This document shows, piece after piece, positions 23,560 through 33,441 of a DNA stretch of 38,604 bases. Within the stretch, counting starts at the first letter, position 1; the number at the start of each line of letters is the position of its first letter. Position numbers and translations under genes: made by a program. Under the pieces are notes generated by a model. That model was given only the letters and a program-made list of their open reading frames with translations, was not told where the DNA came from and searched no databases. The stretch lies in the NCBI RefSeq assembly GCF_001194135.2, contig NC_068985.1, forward strand, positions 29,699,203-29,737,806, given 5' to 3'. The stretch is from Octopus bimaculoides. Lineage: Eukaryota.

Positions 23560-25350
23560 AATTTTCAATTCATTCCCAGCTGAGACGATCGACGGCTCTT
23601 ATTTGCAATATCCACCGAGTCAACCAGAGAATGCCTCCTCTATTTAAGGCTTTTTACATCTCAAACCGAATTTCATCCTCTCTGGTGACCTTGTTGCATT
23701 TGATCGCTTTAATCGCCTTTATGACTTCAGCCTCTGTGACGTTAACCATCGCCTCTAGATGGCACCCTGTGTCCAACAGAAGATTTTATCGTGACCGGAT
23801 TTAGGAGATTAGCAAAAATTCCTAGCTACTTTTCAAAAATGCTCCTTTCTGTAGAGGGAAGAACCCCAGTCGAGTTCTTAATGGCAGGTATAGAAGAGGC
23901 TTTCTTGTTACGAATTTGGCAGATGGTCTGTCAGAATACTTTATTGGCCAGTCTAAAGTCAAAGTCCAGCTTAACTACAAAGTCCTATAACTTAACCTTG
24001 GACGTTTTTACTGTTTCTGCAGCAAATTTTCACGCCAATGTGTACCACCTACACTGAAGTGGAGACTGGTTTCCAAGCCAAGCTTTGTAAGCCTCCTTCT
24101 TTGCTCAGGTGGCATTTTAAACTTCCTGGTTAAACTTGGGGTTTCTTTTACTACCCGGTACCATACCAAGCTGCTTTTGTTCAAAGCATTATACAGTTGA
24201 AGAAACTACCAAACAAAATCTCCACTGCATTTCATATCCTCAGTTTGTTCAGTAAGGTCTCTGAATTTAGATGAATATTTGTTTCTGATCCTATCATCCA
24301 CCAGAGCTTTCTACTTTATCCTGCGAGTCGTATCGGACTTACCAGTTTTGGGAGTTCTTCCTGTTGTAGATAGTCTCACATTGCAGACAACTAGGTGGTG
24401 ATCAGTTAATAGCTCCATCTTTATTACACAAAAAGGTCCAGTACTGAATCACAGAGGTCAGAGACGATAATAAAACCTGTCAGTGAAATCTGTCTCAAAG
24501 ATACTAGATATACTTATGGATGTCCTTGACTTGGAAGATCGTGTTAATAAAGGAGAACTCATTTTCAACTTAGAACTCTGGTAAGGCCTCTCCATTCACA
24601 GAGTTCAGGGTCACCATTCTTCCCAATCACTCCTTTGCACGTCCAGTGATCAGTGTCAACATGTGCTTTGAAGTTCCCTTTAGAAATGATTCAGCTTTAA
24701 CTATATAAAGTTGCAGTGATTTCCTGAAGGAAGGATTTGGGCCCGCTGTTTAGTGTATATACTTGCAACAGCCACAGTGGTCCTTCTTTCAGTTTAAGCT
24801 TGAGGAGGCTAGTGTGATCCATTGTATATTACAATCCGTCAGATGCTTGTGAATATCCTACCTGTGCATAGTTGACATCACACCTGAATGGTGGACTTCC
24901 CATCCCTCCAAATTTGTATCAGAGCCATAGAACATTTGAGGAGACACCGACCTTATATGCTGTATGTGTGTAGGAAAAGTTCAGTTTCTCCGTTTGTCAC
25001 GATGTTCCTCTGACACTATGGGACCATCTGTAACCAAAATCGCAAAACTTTGATTGGACCTATGCAAGGGTCAGTCAAGCACTATCCCTAGTAAATATCC
25101 CATCTGCCATTAAAATCAGAAAACATTTCCTCCCTAGTGAATTTATACTGCTCTCAGTAACAGCAGGGTTCACTGCCCTTCCTCTAATAACACAAATTGC
25201 GTTTCCTCACTTTTGTTTTTTTAGCACTATGCCACTGAATACGTGTCTTACCTATGACTAGAATACTGATCGTGGTTGCCTAGTACCCGAGCGACTCTGC
25301 TGTCGGTGGATTACCTCGATATCCTTTACCTCTGCGGAAGACGTCATGAG
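23560..25350 (-). mobile_element. Degraded RTE-clade LINE (Expander/Rex3-like): probable 5' UTR, APE endonuclease and start of RT, 3'-truncated
   Basis: Minus-strand motifs GNFKAHVDTD..KGVIGKNG (~24678-24630), TDHHLVV (~24406-24387), KKEAYKAWL, DFRLANKVF.QTI, NLLNP and TEAEVIKAIK..EDEIRFEM..GILWLTR, with many stops. The boundary upstream of ~25010 is inferred. Confidence 0.85.
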
Positions 25351-25796
25351 ATTTTAATTTATAAAGTCCTTTTCCAATCAGAACTTAAATATAGTCGAAG
25401 TATATTTTAAGATGCGATTGGAATCCTTATCGTTAGCCATTATATTTGTATGCTGGCAAGTTCAGTCATATGATCCATTGGGAAAAGCAAAAAAAAAAAA
25501 AAATCAGACTTCAGTGAAAAATATTTTTAAACCATTAAGAATTACTCAATAAGGATTTAATTTGAAACGAGTTACATCTACAAAGTTATAAATAATAGAG
25601 TTATGTCCTCAGGAAGTTAGTCTCGCTGTGAAATTAGCGTCTCCACCACATGGGTAATGTTCAGTAACTGGGGATAAAGACCCAACCAACTGGTTTCATT
25701 GTTTCTTTATTCATGATCAGTGTTGCATGTTCTATCCCCCATCCAGGCTATCTTTTTTTTTTTTATCGATCCTCGAAAAGTGAAAAAAATCTAAGT

Positions 25797-25918
25797 NNNN
25801 NNNNNNNNNNNNNNNNNNNNNNNNNNNNNNNNNNNNNNNNNNNNNNNNNNNNNNNNNNNNNNNNNNNNNNNNNNNNNNNNNNNNNNNNNNNNNNNNNNNN
25901 NNNNNNNNNNNNNNNNNN
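25797..25918. other. Assembly gap
   Basis: N run. Confidence 0.99.
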
Positions 25919-27129
25919 GCTCTACCAAACCACTTGCACCCACACCCAGTATTTTAGACATTTTGTTGCTGGGCTGTCACGTGGTGACGGACAAATTTAA
26001 TTAGAATATATCATTCCCTCGTCAACTGACAAATTTTGGTCTGAGCGTTTTAAATGAAAACTAAAACGGAAAAAAAAAATGAAAAAGGCGAGAGCAGTGA
26101 ATTTACAGACAGTTTCAAAATTAATTTTTGTCTATTGTAAAGCAACCCAGATCTTGTGCTTCACTTTTGTATGATACTAATCATCAAAGTATTTACGCTT
26201 TTTGTCCGACTGTACTGGATATATTTGAGGAGAAAAAGAAAATACACATTTTAAAATCAGATAACACCATATAAGTTGAATCAATACAAAAATTCCAACA
26301 AATACTCTTATTTACAATGGTATTAATATATTTTGTTTTTACAATAACTTACTTTGAATTTATACATCATTTGGTGCTATATATTAGTTTAGGATTTGTA
26401 TATATGATTTCTCACATCGGGCTCTATTATGAGCGCTCGAAGTACTGTTTGAAAAGCATGCAAACTCCTACAATCTATTACGAGGCTGATGTAAGTAAAC
26501 ACTTGTTGCTGGAGCAACTCAATGCTAAATCATTAGCCACAAATGTTTACGAAAACCTGGCCCAAATGCCTGCAACAAAATTAACGTTAAAAAAAAAAGC
26601 CAAAATTAGGTAGTGGCATTAAAGCGAGCGACATAGTATGTGTACCAACCAAAACTTCAGAACAAAGAGCAGAGCAAATACCGCAGGATATTTTGTCTTG
26701 TGCTCTAAATAGTGTAAATTTAACTCTCTTCAGAGCTGGTGACTAGGCTTCATGATGAAAACTATATAAAGCGTGTTAGAATTATTGTTCACGTTAACTA
26801 TGTATCATCTCTGACCAACATACCAAGGTTGGGTATAAATGGCGATTATGATTGCCGTTTATACAAATCGCTCGAGTATGTTTACAAATAGAAGATGAAT
26901 AAAAATTTGAGCACCCTGTTACCCTTTACACGGATACAGACGAGCCAACGTAAAAAAAACAAAAAAACCCCGATTCAGTCCCTCTAGCTGCTAAATAAAA
27001 ATAGCTAGACATCTCAAATCGCATCCAACCCTTTCATAAAAAGAACAGGACATGGTGGGGGGAATATAAAGACGGGGAGTTAACATAGGTCTAAGCAACA
27101 AACGTAGGCACGTTATTCATAGCTCTTTG

Positions 27130-27420
27130 TCTTCTATCCTGTTAGAACAACAATATATATTTGTCATCGTCTTGTTTGTTGTTATCGTTTCGGTTGATGT
27201 ACTCTCCAGCCTTCATCAGGTGTCCTCGGAAAATTTCGAACCTGGATTCTCATTCCTAAGGTATTTTTCCGATGTTATTCAGGTCACTGCCTGGAATCGA
27301 ACTCGGAATATTGGGGTTAGTAGCCCGCGCTCTTAACCGCTACGCCATATGTCCGTGGGCAATTATTGGAGTGAATTTTAGGGCTTATAACTTATTTTCC
27401 TATCCTTCCTTAATACTGGC
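27130..27420 (-). mobile_element. Penelope-like element terminal segment / SINE-like unit: tRNA-like head followed by a hammerhead-type tail
   Basis: Minus strand: A box TGGCGTAGCGG (27347-27337), B box GAGTTCGATTCC (27304-27293), then CTGATGA (27219-27213), a stem and GAAAC (27191-27187). A homologous tail lies at 36044-36205. Confidence 0.7.
27187..27224 (-). ncRNA. Decayed minimal hammerhead ribozyme core (Penelope type), probably inactive in this copy
   Basis: GACAC-CUGAUGA-A-GGCUGG-agaguaca-UCAACC-GAAAC. Core boxes and helix II are visible (one mismatch), but the 3' strand of helix I and the cleavage triplet are not. Confidence 0.55.
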
Positions 27421-27459
27421 TCCCATATGCTACTCATATCTGCTTAGGTGAGTCTAAGT

Positions 27460-27620
27460 GTGATAAGTCTATTCACCAAAGCCCAACTGATGAAGCACTA
27501 TCAGTGATTCAAGAAAAACTGGTGACAGACATCTATCTAAAAGACCGCACTAGTGTACCAATAGGAAACTTGATGGGAATGTTGACCTTCTGTGTAGAAA
27601 TTACCTACTTCAGAATGGAC
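27460..27620 (+). pseudogene. Penelope-like reverse transcriptase fragment
   Basis: VISLFTKA/PTDEALSVIQEKL...RTSVPIGNLMGMLTFCVEITYF (one frameshift) fits the PLE RT 'DVxSLFTxVP...LLxxCLxxxYF' region. Confidence 0.8.
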
Positions 27621-28464
27621 ACTGCTTCGTTATACCACTCAATATTATCACAACAAATCAAGTCAACGAAAGAGTCTTTATGCCAGTCAACCTGCTGGAC
27701 ATAGCAAAATTTCTTCACCTCGTTCCCGATATAGTGAGAACGGTTAAAAATTTGGAACGACTTATTTGCTCGATCACAGCTGCACAGGGGTTCAACAACA
27801 ATCATTATTGAAAGAGTCACAGTCTGGTCGCTCGGTCAGCTAGAAATAAGTGGCAAACTTAAACCATATCCTATCTTAAAGAAACTTGAATAATATAGTC
27901 CTAGATACACTTTCTGAAAAGACATGGTCACGTTTGGGACCCCTTTAATTATAGGACTGTCCAATCAGATCTGACCTGGTGCTAAGCAACTCATTAGGTG
28001 GTATGACATTGATTCAGATTTTAAAAAATTACTGAACTGAGAATTCAAATTTTCAGTGGGATGTAGCAGTTTAACCACAATTTTACAATAACGTCAGCAA
28101 ACAAATTCAATGTCAAAAGTTCAAATGAAAATGATAAAAATTGTAAAAACAGCAACAAAAAGTGTCTTTAATAAGGTATTAATGCGTCATAAAGCACATT
28201 AATGCATGGACTGTCTGCAAAAGGGTATAAAATTGTTCTATAAAGCATAATTTTAATCATTTTGTAAAATGCAGTATGTTTTCAAAATGAGCTCGACACT
28301 GATCGACCGCGTCATCTGCGCTGCTTATCTTTTAGCACTGGGAAAGACAGCAGTAGTCTCAGTAAGGTCATGAAACTAACGGAGCTTCCTCGATCAGTTC
28401 AATTACTGAATCATCCACCACCAGTTCAAGCATAGTCTGAACCAAATAAAACGTACCATTTGGG

Positions 28465-28606
28465 TTTTGTTACCCTGTGCGCATAGGCAGGATATTGTAG
28501 TCGCTCGTCTTTGTATGTTTGCAAAAGTACTGGAAAACAGATTTTCAAATTTGGCAGAAATACTCATTGGGCGAGTAGCTCGAACTCATTTAATCTTGGT
28601 TTGATC
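28465..28606 (+). mobile_element. Helentron/HINE-like terminal segment, copy A
   Basis: T-rich start, small hairpin CCTG..CAGG, then CTTTGTATGTTTGCAAAAGTACTGGAAAAC and CAGAAATACTCATTGGGCGAGTAGCTCGAA. It is homologous to the reverse complement of 33287-33441. The family assignment is inference. Confidence 0.5.
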
Positions 28607-28874
28607 ATCTTCAAAACTGGCGGACGGGTGAATCAAAACATGACTGTGCAGATTTTTTGCGAAAGAATTTATGTGCACTCCGTTTATGCATCGTTTTGAC
28701 ATGTTCTTAGCACAAGAATCTGTAACTAGCACATAAAAATAGGTACTATGTCTATTAAATATTATTTATCTCTCACAGATGGAGTACTTTTGTTGATCTT
28801 ACCATCACAGAACATCATATATGTACCGGAGTAAATGCGGTAAGCAGTGTTTACATAAAATCACAATTTAGGTT

Positions 28875-28905
28875 AGTTGAAATATGTTTGTCACATATTT
28901 CAACT
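28875..28905. repeat. Perfect 13-bp inverted repeat, 5-nt loop
   Basis: AGTTGAAATATGT-TTGTC-ACATATTTCAACT. Confidence 0.9.
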
Positions 28906-29058
28906 GCTATAGGCAAATACACGGCAGCTACTGTGGAGAAAAAAATTCTCTCTTATGGTAAAAAGGTGTGAAATCATCCCGTTCGTTCAATGTCGCCCTC
29001 TCTTGGGAATCTGAGACATCGATGTTTCGAGTTTGTTGACTCTTGTCGATCAGATGCA

Positions 29059-29154
29059 CCCGAGAGAAAATATCGGAATAAATGCGCTAAGCAGTGTTAA
29101 CGTATAATCACAATTTAGGTTAGCGCATTTACTGCGATATTTTTCTCGATCGGG
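29059..29154. repeat. ~95-bp imperfect palindrome (MITE-like)
   Basis: Perfect TAAATGCGCTAA/TTAGCGCATTTA (29079-29090/29120-29131), extended by CGAGAGAAAATATCG/CGATATTTTTCTCG. Confidence 0.8.
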
Positions 29155-29327
29155 CGATCTACTAGCGCAAATCAGTCAATGTGTTGGCTGAATTATATAT
29201 AAAGCTATGAGCTTTGTCAGTTCATTCAGGGTTGCCCATCTCAGCCACATCTGCTGCTGGATTTTCTTGCTATCGTGAGTTTTGATTTTTTGTTGGTGGA
29301 TTTTTGTTGATTGTTACTGTTTTTTGA

Positions 29328-29622
29328 NNNNNNNNNNNNNNNNNNNNNNNNNNNNNNNNNNNNNNNNNNNNNNNNNNNNNNNNNNNNNNNNNNNNNNNNN
29401 NNNNNNNNNNNNNNNNNNNNNNNNNNNNNNNNNNNNNNNNNNNNNNNNNNNNNNNNNNNNNNNNNNNNNNNNNNNNNNNNNNNNNNNNNNNNNNNNNNNN
29501 NNNNNNNNNNNNNNNNNNNNNNNNNNNNNNNNNNNNNNNNNNNNNNNNNNNNNNNNNNNNNNNNNNNNNNNNNNNNNNNNNNNNNNNNNNNNNNNNNNNN
29601 NNNNNNNNNNNNNNNNNNNNNN
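29328..29622. other. Assembly gap
   Basis: N run. Confidence 0.99.
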
Positions 29623-29755
29623 AAGAGGGTACAAAGAGTCCAGCAAGAAAAAAAAATACGAGGAGGAAATGTTCAATGGTATTACGTGACGTACCACAAA
29701 AACGGAAAAGAGAATACTCAAGTTCCAATCCATAATAAGAGTTAAGGTGCCATCA

Positions 29756-29802
29756 TATATCTATATATATATATATCTATATATCTATATATCTATATAT
29801 AT
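29756..29802. repeat. (TA)n/(TATATC)n microsatellite
   Basis: Read directly. Confidence 0.9.
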
Positions 29803-30533
29803 GCAGAAGATATGAAGGCTATAGGAGATAGTATTAACCCACCAGGAGTGAGGGTGGAAATCAAAGAATTGCCACCAGTAGTGGAACTAAGAAACATAGA
29901 ACCCCTCATGAAATATTAAAAAGAAAAGAAATTGTTTCATTGAAAAAGTAGGAGAAAAAATAAAACAATGTTTTAAGCAATAAATAAGGAAAAATAACGG
30001 TGATAAAAGAAAAAACAATAAGGAAAAACAAAGATCAATTATAGACACTGTATATAAAGGTTCAAATGGTACTGCATGGGAGTGGGACCCATGCGGCCAT
30101 TTCATTCATTTTTATATGATTTTATCTCATTCATTCGTTTTATGTTTTTGTCCCCGCTGTGGTGTTGTGTCTGTCCTTGTGGTGTCCCTGTGTTTGGGGC
30201 CTTGTGCCTAATAAAGAAATGCTGTGTAAAAAATGGAAATTGACAAAGTCAAATGAAGATTGCCCATCAATGAAAGGAAAAACTGAGAAAAAAAAACAAA
30301 AACAAAGCGAAAAACCTAGTTTTTCAGCGGCCGTCGGAGGCAACTTTACGCAGATGAATGTTTCAAGGGAACAACTATTCAAATTCAGAAACCTTATAAT
30401 AGAAAAAAAAAAAAAATAAATAAATAAAAAACGGGAAATGATACGAAGCTCTTGCCAGCACAAGAGACCATACAAAATCTGTCATAAAAAATGGTTTACA
30501 AAGGTTACAACAGAAAGAAGAAAATTACGCCCC

Positions 30534-30856
30534 NNNNNNNNNNNNNNNNNNNNNNNNNNNNNNNNNNNNNNNNNNNNNNNNNNNNNNNNNNNNNNNNNNN
30601 NNNNNNNNNNNNNNNNNNNNNNNNNNNNNNNNNNNNNNNNNNNNNNNNNNNNNNNNNNNNNNNNNNNNNNNNNNNNNNNNNNNNNNNNNNNNNNNNNNNN
30701 NNNNNNNNNNNNNNNNNNNNNNNNNNNNNNNNNNNNNNNNNNNNNNNNNNNNNNNNNNNNNNNNNNNNNNNNNNNNNNNNNNNNNNNNNNNNNNNNNNNN
30801 NNNNNNNNNNNNNNNNNNNNNNNNNNNNNNNNNNNNNNNNNNNNNNNNNNNNNNNN
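30534..30856. other. Assembly gap
   Basis: N run. Confidence 0.99.
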
Positions 30857-32429
30857 ACAACTCAATGCATGGACTGTCTGAATCCGTGTAAAAATTTTCT
30901 CCGGTATGAATGCCGATATTATTCATTTTTGTAAAATCTAAAACGTTTTCAAAGCAAGTACCACGTAAGTCTCGGTCGATCAGAGTCGAGCTTATCTTTT
31001 TGTACAGGAATAGACAGCCGTAGTTTCGCTCCAAGATAGAGCACCACTAGTTCAACGAAAGTAAATCAACTGAAGCATATCTGCGATATCATTTAAAATA
31101 TTGAAACTAGAACGTGAAATTGGGGTTGAATATCCTATTCAGCACTATCGATACACTTGGGTTCTGTATATCCTAGTCTTAAAAATGGAACATTAGCGCA
31201 ATGGTGTCCACGTAGACCATATGTGACATCTACATCCGAACTACGTCGTGATATCTCTCGTCAAAGATAAAGTGTGAGAAAAGTATTTACAACTCAATGC
31301 ATGGACTGTCTGAATCCGTGTAAAAATTTTCTCCGGTATGAATGCCGATATTATTCATTTTTGTAAAATCTAAAACGTTTTCAAAGCAAGCACCGCTCAG
31401 GACTAGGTTATTCAGTGTCAAGCTCATCTTTTAGCACAGAGAAAGAAAGCAATAGTTTCAGTGAGATCATGAAATTCATGAGACAATCTTGATCAGATCA
31501 AAATGAAACAATGCACATGGGCCCTGTCACTCAGTTTTTGAAAATCGAACATTAACACAACGATGTCCAAGTGCACTATTTGCGAAATCTCCACCCTAGC
31601 TAAGATGTCATAACGATCTTCAAAGTTTGATAAAAGAGTTACCTTATCAGACAACACAATGCATGGATTTTTTGCAAAAGGACAAATTTTCCTTTAATAA
31701 AAAGGGCAATTTCAATCATTTGTGGAAACTCTAGAACGTTTTCAAAACAAGCACTGCACAGGAGACGGTCAATCAGTGTGGAGCTCATCTTTTAGTAGAG
31801 GCAAAAACAACAGTAGTCTCAGTGACGTCATAAAACTAGCAAAGCCAACACGAACAGCTCACAAAGAACGAGCACCTAGTCATCCACCATTTCAAACGAA
31901 CTCTGAAGCAACTGAAACAACCTTTTTTATGCAGGATGATTTACGATTTGTTTCAGCTTATTTTGCTGAACGAAATATTCCTGTTTTTTTATTTTTATAT
32001 ACATCATTGGCGCTACTATGCTGACTTGTTTCACTAGGTAGTAGCACAGCAATTTAACCAATCTACTGGCTAACGATGTGATAGATGCAATACAAGACCA
32101 CCAGTGGAGGACATTCGTTTTAACTTTCCTAATTGCTTCTAAATCTCTAGGGTTCAACAAATTTCTGCATAAAATCCAACCAATCATAAGAGACGGTTAG
32201 CTACCCTAGGTTGTGGCTGAGAAAGTTGGAAGGACTCCACTTCCGCTTATTGTGGAGGGGGAAACCACTTGTGAGGCGCTCTATTTGCAGCCAAAAACCG
32301 TTAAAGGGTGGGCTAGGGATGCCTTAATTTCACCGGAGTATAAATATCTATAATGGTGATACTTAAAAAAAAATTAAGCAATCAACTCTTAAACGAATCC
32401 CTCGAACCCAGTGTACACACAGAGTCGCA

Positions 32430-33130
32430 TATGTATGCATGCATGTTCTTGCTCCCTTGATGATGAAATATCTTTCAGGCTGCAAAGAGCAACTGATTCC
32501 ATCAGGTCTCTTGAGTCGTGTCTGGTTCCAACATGGCATCACAAGGCGAACAGAAATTGTTGTGTACCGTGCATGTGTACTGTCATCACTCCTTTACTCA
32601 TGTGAGACATGGTCACTTTACAAACGCCATGTAAAGATCCTTGAATGATTCCATCAGATGTCCGAGACATTCTGAATGTTGGCTGGACCTTAAAAACTCC
32701 AGATACACAGATCCTGAGGAAAGCCGATATCCTGAGTAATGAGGAGATGGTGCACAAACACCGGTTACGATGGACTGGACACCCTGTTAGAATGAATGAT
32801 AGCAAGATCCCTAAATAGATGCTATATGGGGAACTTGTTAGTGGAAAGCGTCCCCGGCAGAAGCCAAGACAACGATCTAAGGATTGTGTAAAGGCCTTAT
32901 TAAAGACCTGTGAAATGCCGGAGGCTGACTGGGTGAGTAATGCTTGTCATCGCCACGGATGGAGGAAACGGGTAAAGGAGGGAATCGATACCCTTGAAAG
33001 AGCACATTCTTCATGAATTTAAGCATGATGCTGGAAAACGCACTACTAGTGTAATGAATGGGGAAAGCTTGGTCTGCAAAGAACAGGGGCCACAAGTGTA
33101 AAGTATAAGATAGTCTTGGGCGCACAATGT
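32430..33130 (+). mobile_element. RTE-BovB-type LINE, 5'-truncated 3' fragment inserted in the repeat array
   Basis: Frameshifted motifs SLDDEISFRLQRA, VYRACVLSSLLYSCETW (32589-32612 for LLYSCETW), RLRWTGH (32762-32782) and MLYGELVSGKRPRQKPRQRSKDCVK. Confidence 0.92.
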
Positions 33131-33286
33131 ACCTAAAGGTCAGTAATGGAGTCTACGCACATAGGTACACCATGATTTATACATACGCCGACGAGGGTCG
33201 ATTCACATAAAAAGAACAAAATATGACCATTTGCTTACCGGGAAATTTGTAAGTTCGATTTTTTTTTTTACCTATTTATTTTTTAC

Positions 33287-33441
33287 GATAAACCAAATGT
33301 TCATTTCGAGCCTCTCACCCAATCAGTATTTCTGTCAAATGTGCTGAAAATCCCTTCAGCCGTTTTCCAATAATTTTGCAAACGCACAAAGAGGAGTGAT
33401 TACAATACTCTACTTTCGCTTAGGCGCGCAGGATGAAAAAA
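33287..33441 (-). mobile_element. Helentron/HINE-like terminal segment, copy B (inverted relative to copy A)
   Basis: The reverse complement reads TTTTTTCATCCTGCGCGCCTAAGCG..TATTGTAATCACTCCTCTTTGTGCGTTTGCAAAATTATTGGAAAAC..CAGAAATACTGATTGGGTGAGAGGCTCGAA and aligns with 28465-28606. Confidence 0.55.

Noticed and set aside
27280-27352. Functional tRNA gene (ACT anticodon loop)
   Set aside because: A and B boxes are good, but the anticodon and acceptor stems do not pair and there is no oligo-T terminator; it is repeat-embedded.
12670-31034. Long ORFs containing X runs (12.7-13.4, 14.0-14.5, 22.9-23.2, 25.7-26.0, 29.3-29.7, 30.4-31.0 kb)
   Set aside because: They are artefacts of reading through N gaps.
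30857-31390. 102-bp exact duplicate (30857-30958 = 31289-31390) as a recent duplication
   Set aside because: One copy begins exactly at a gap edge and is about read length while all other array copies are diverged. A contig-end misassembly is more likely; long reads are needed to decide.
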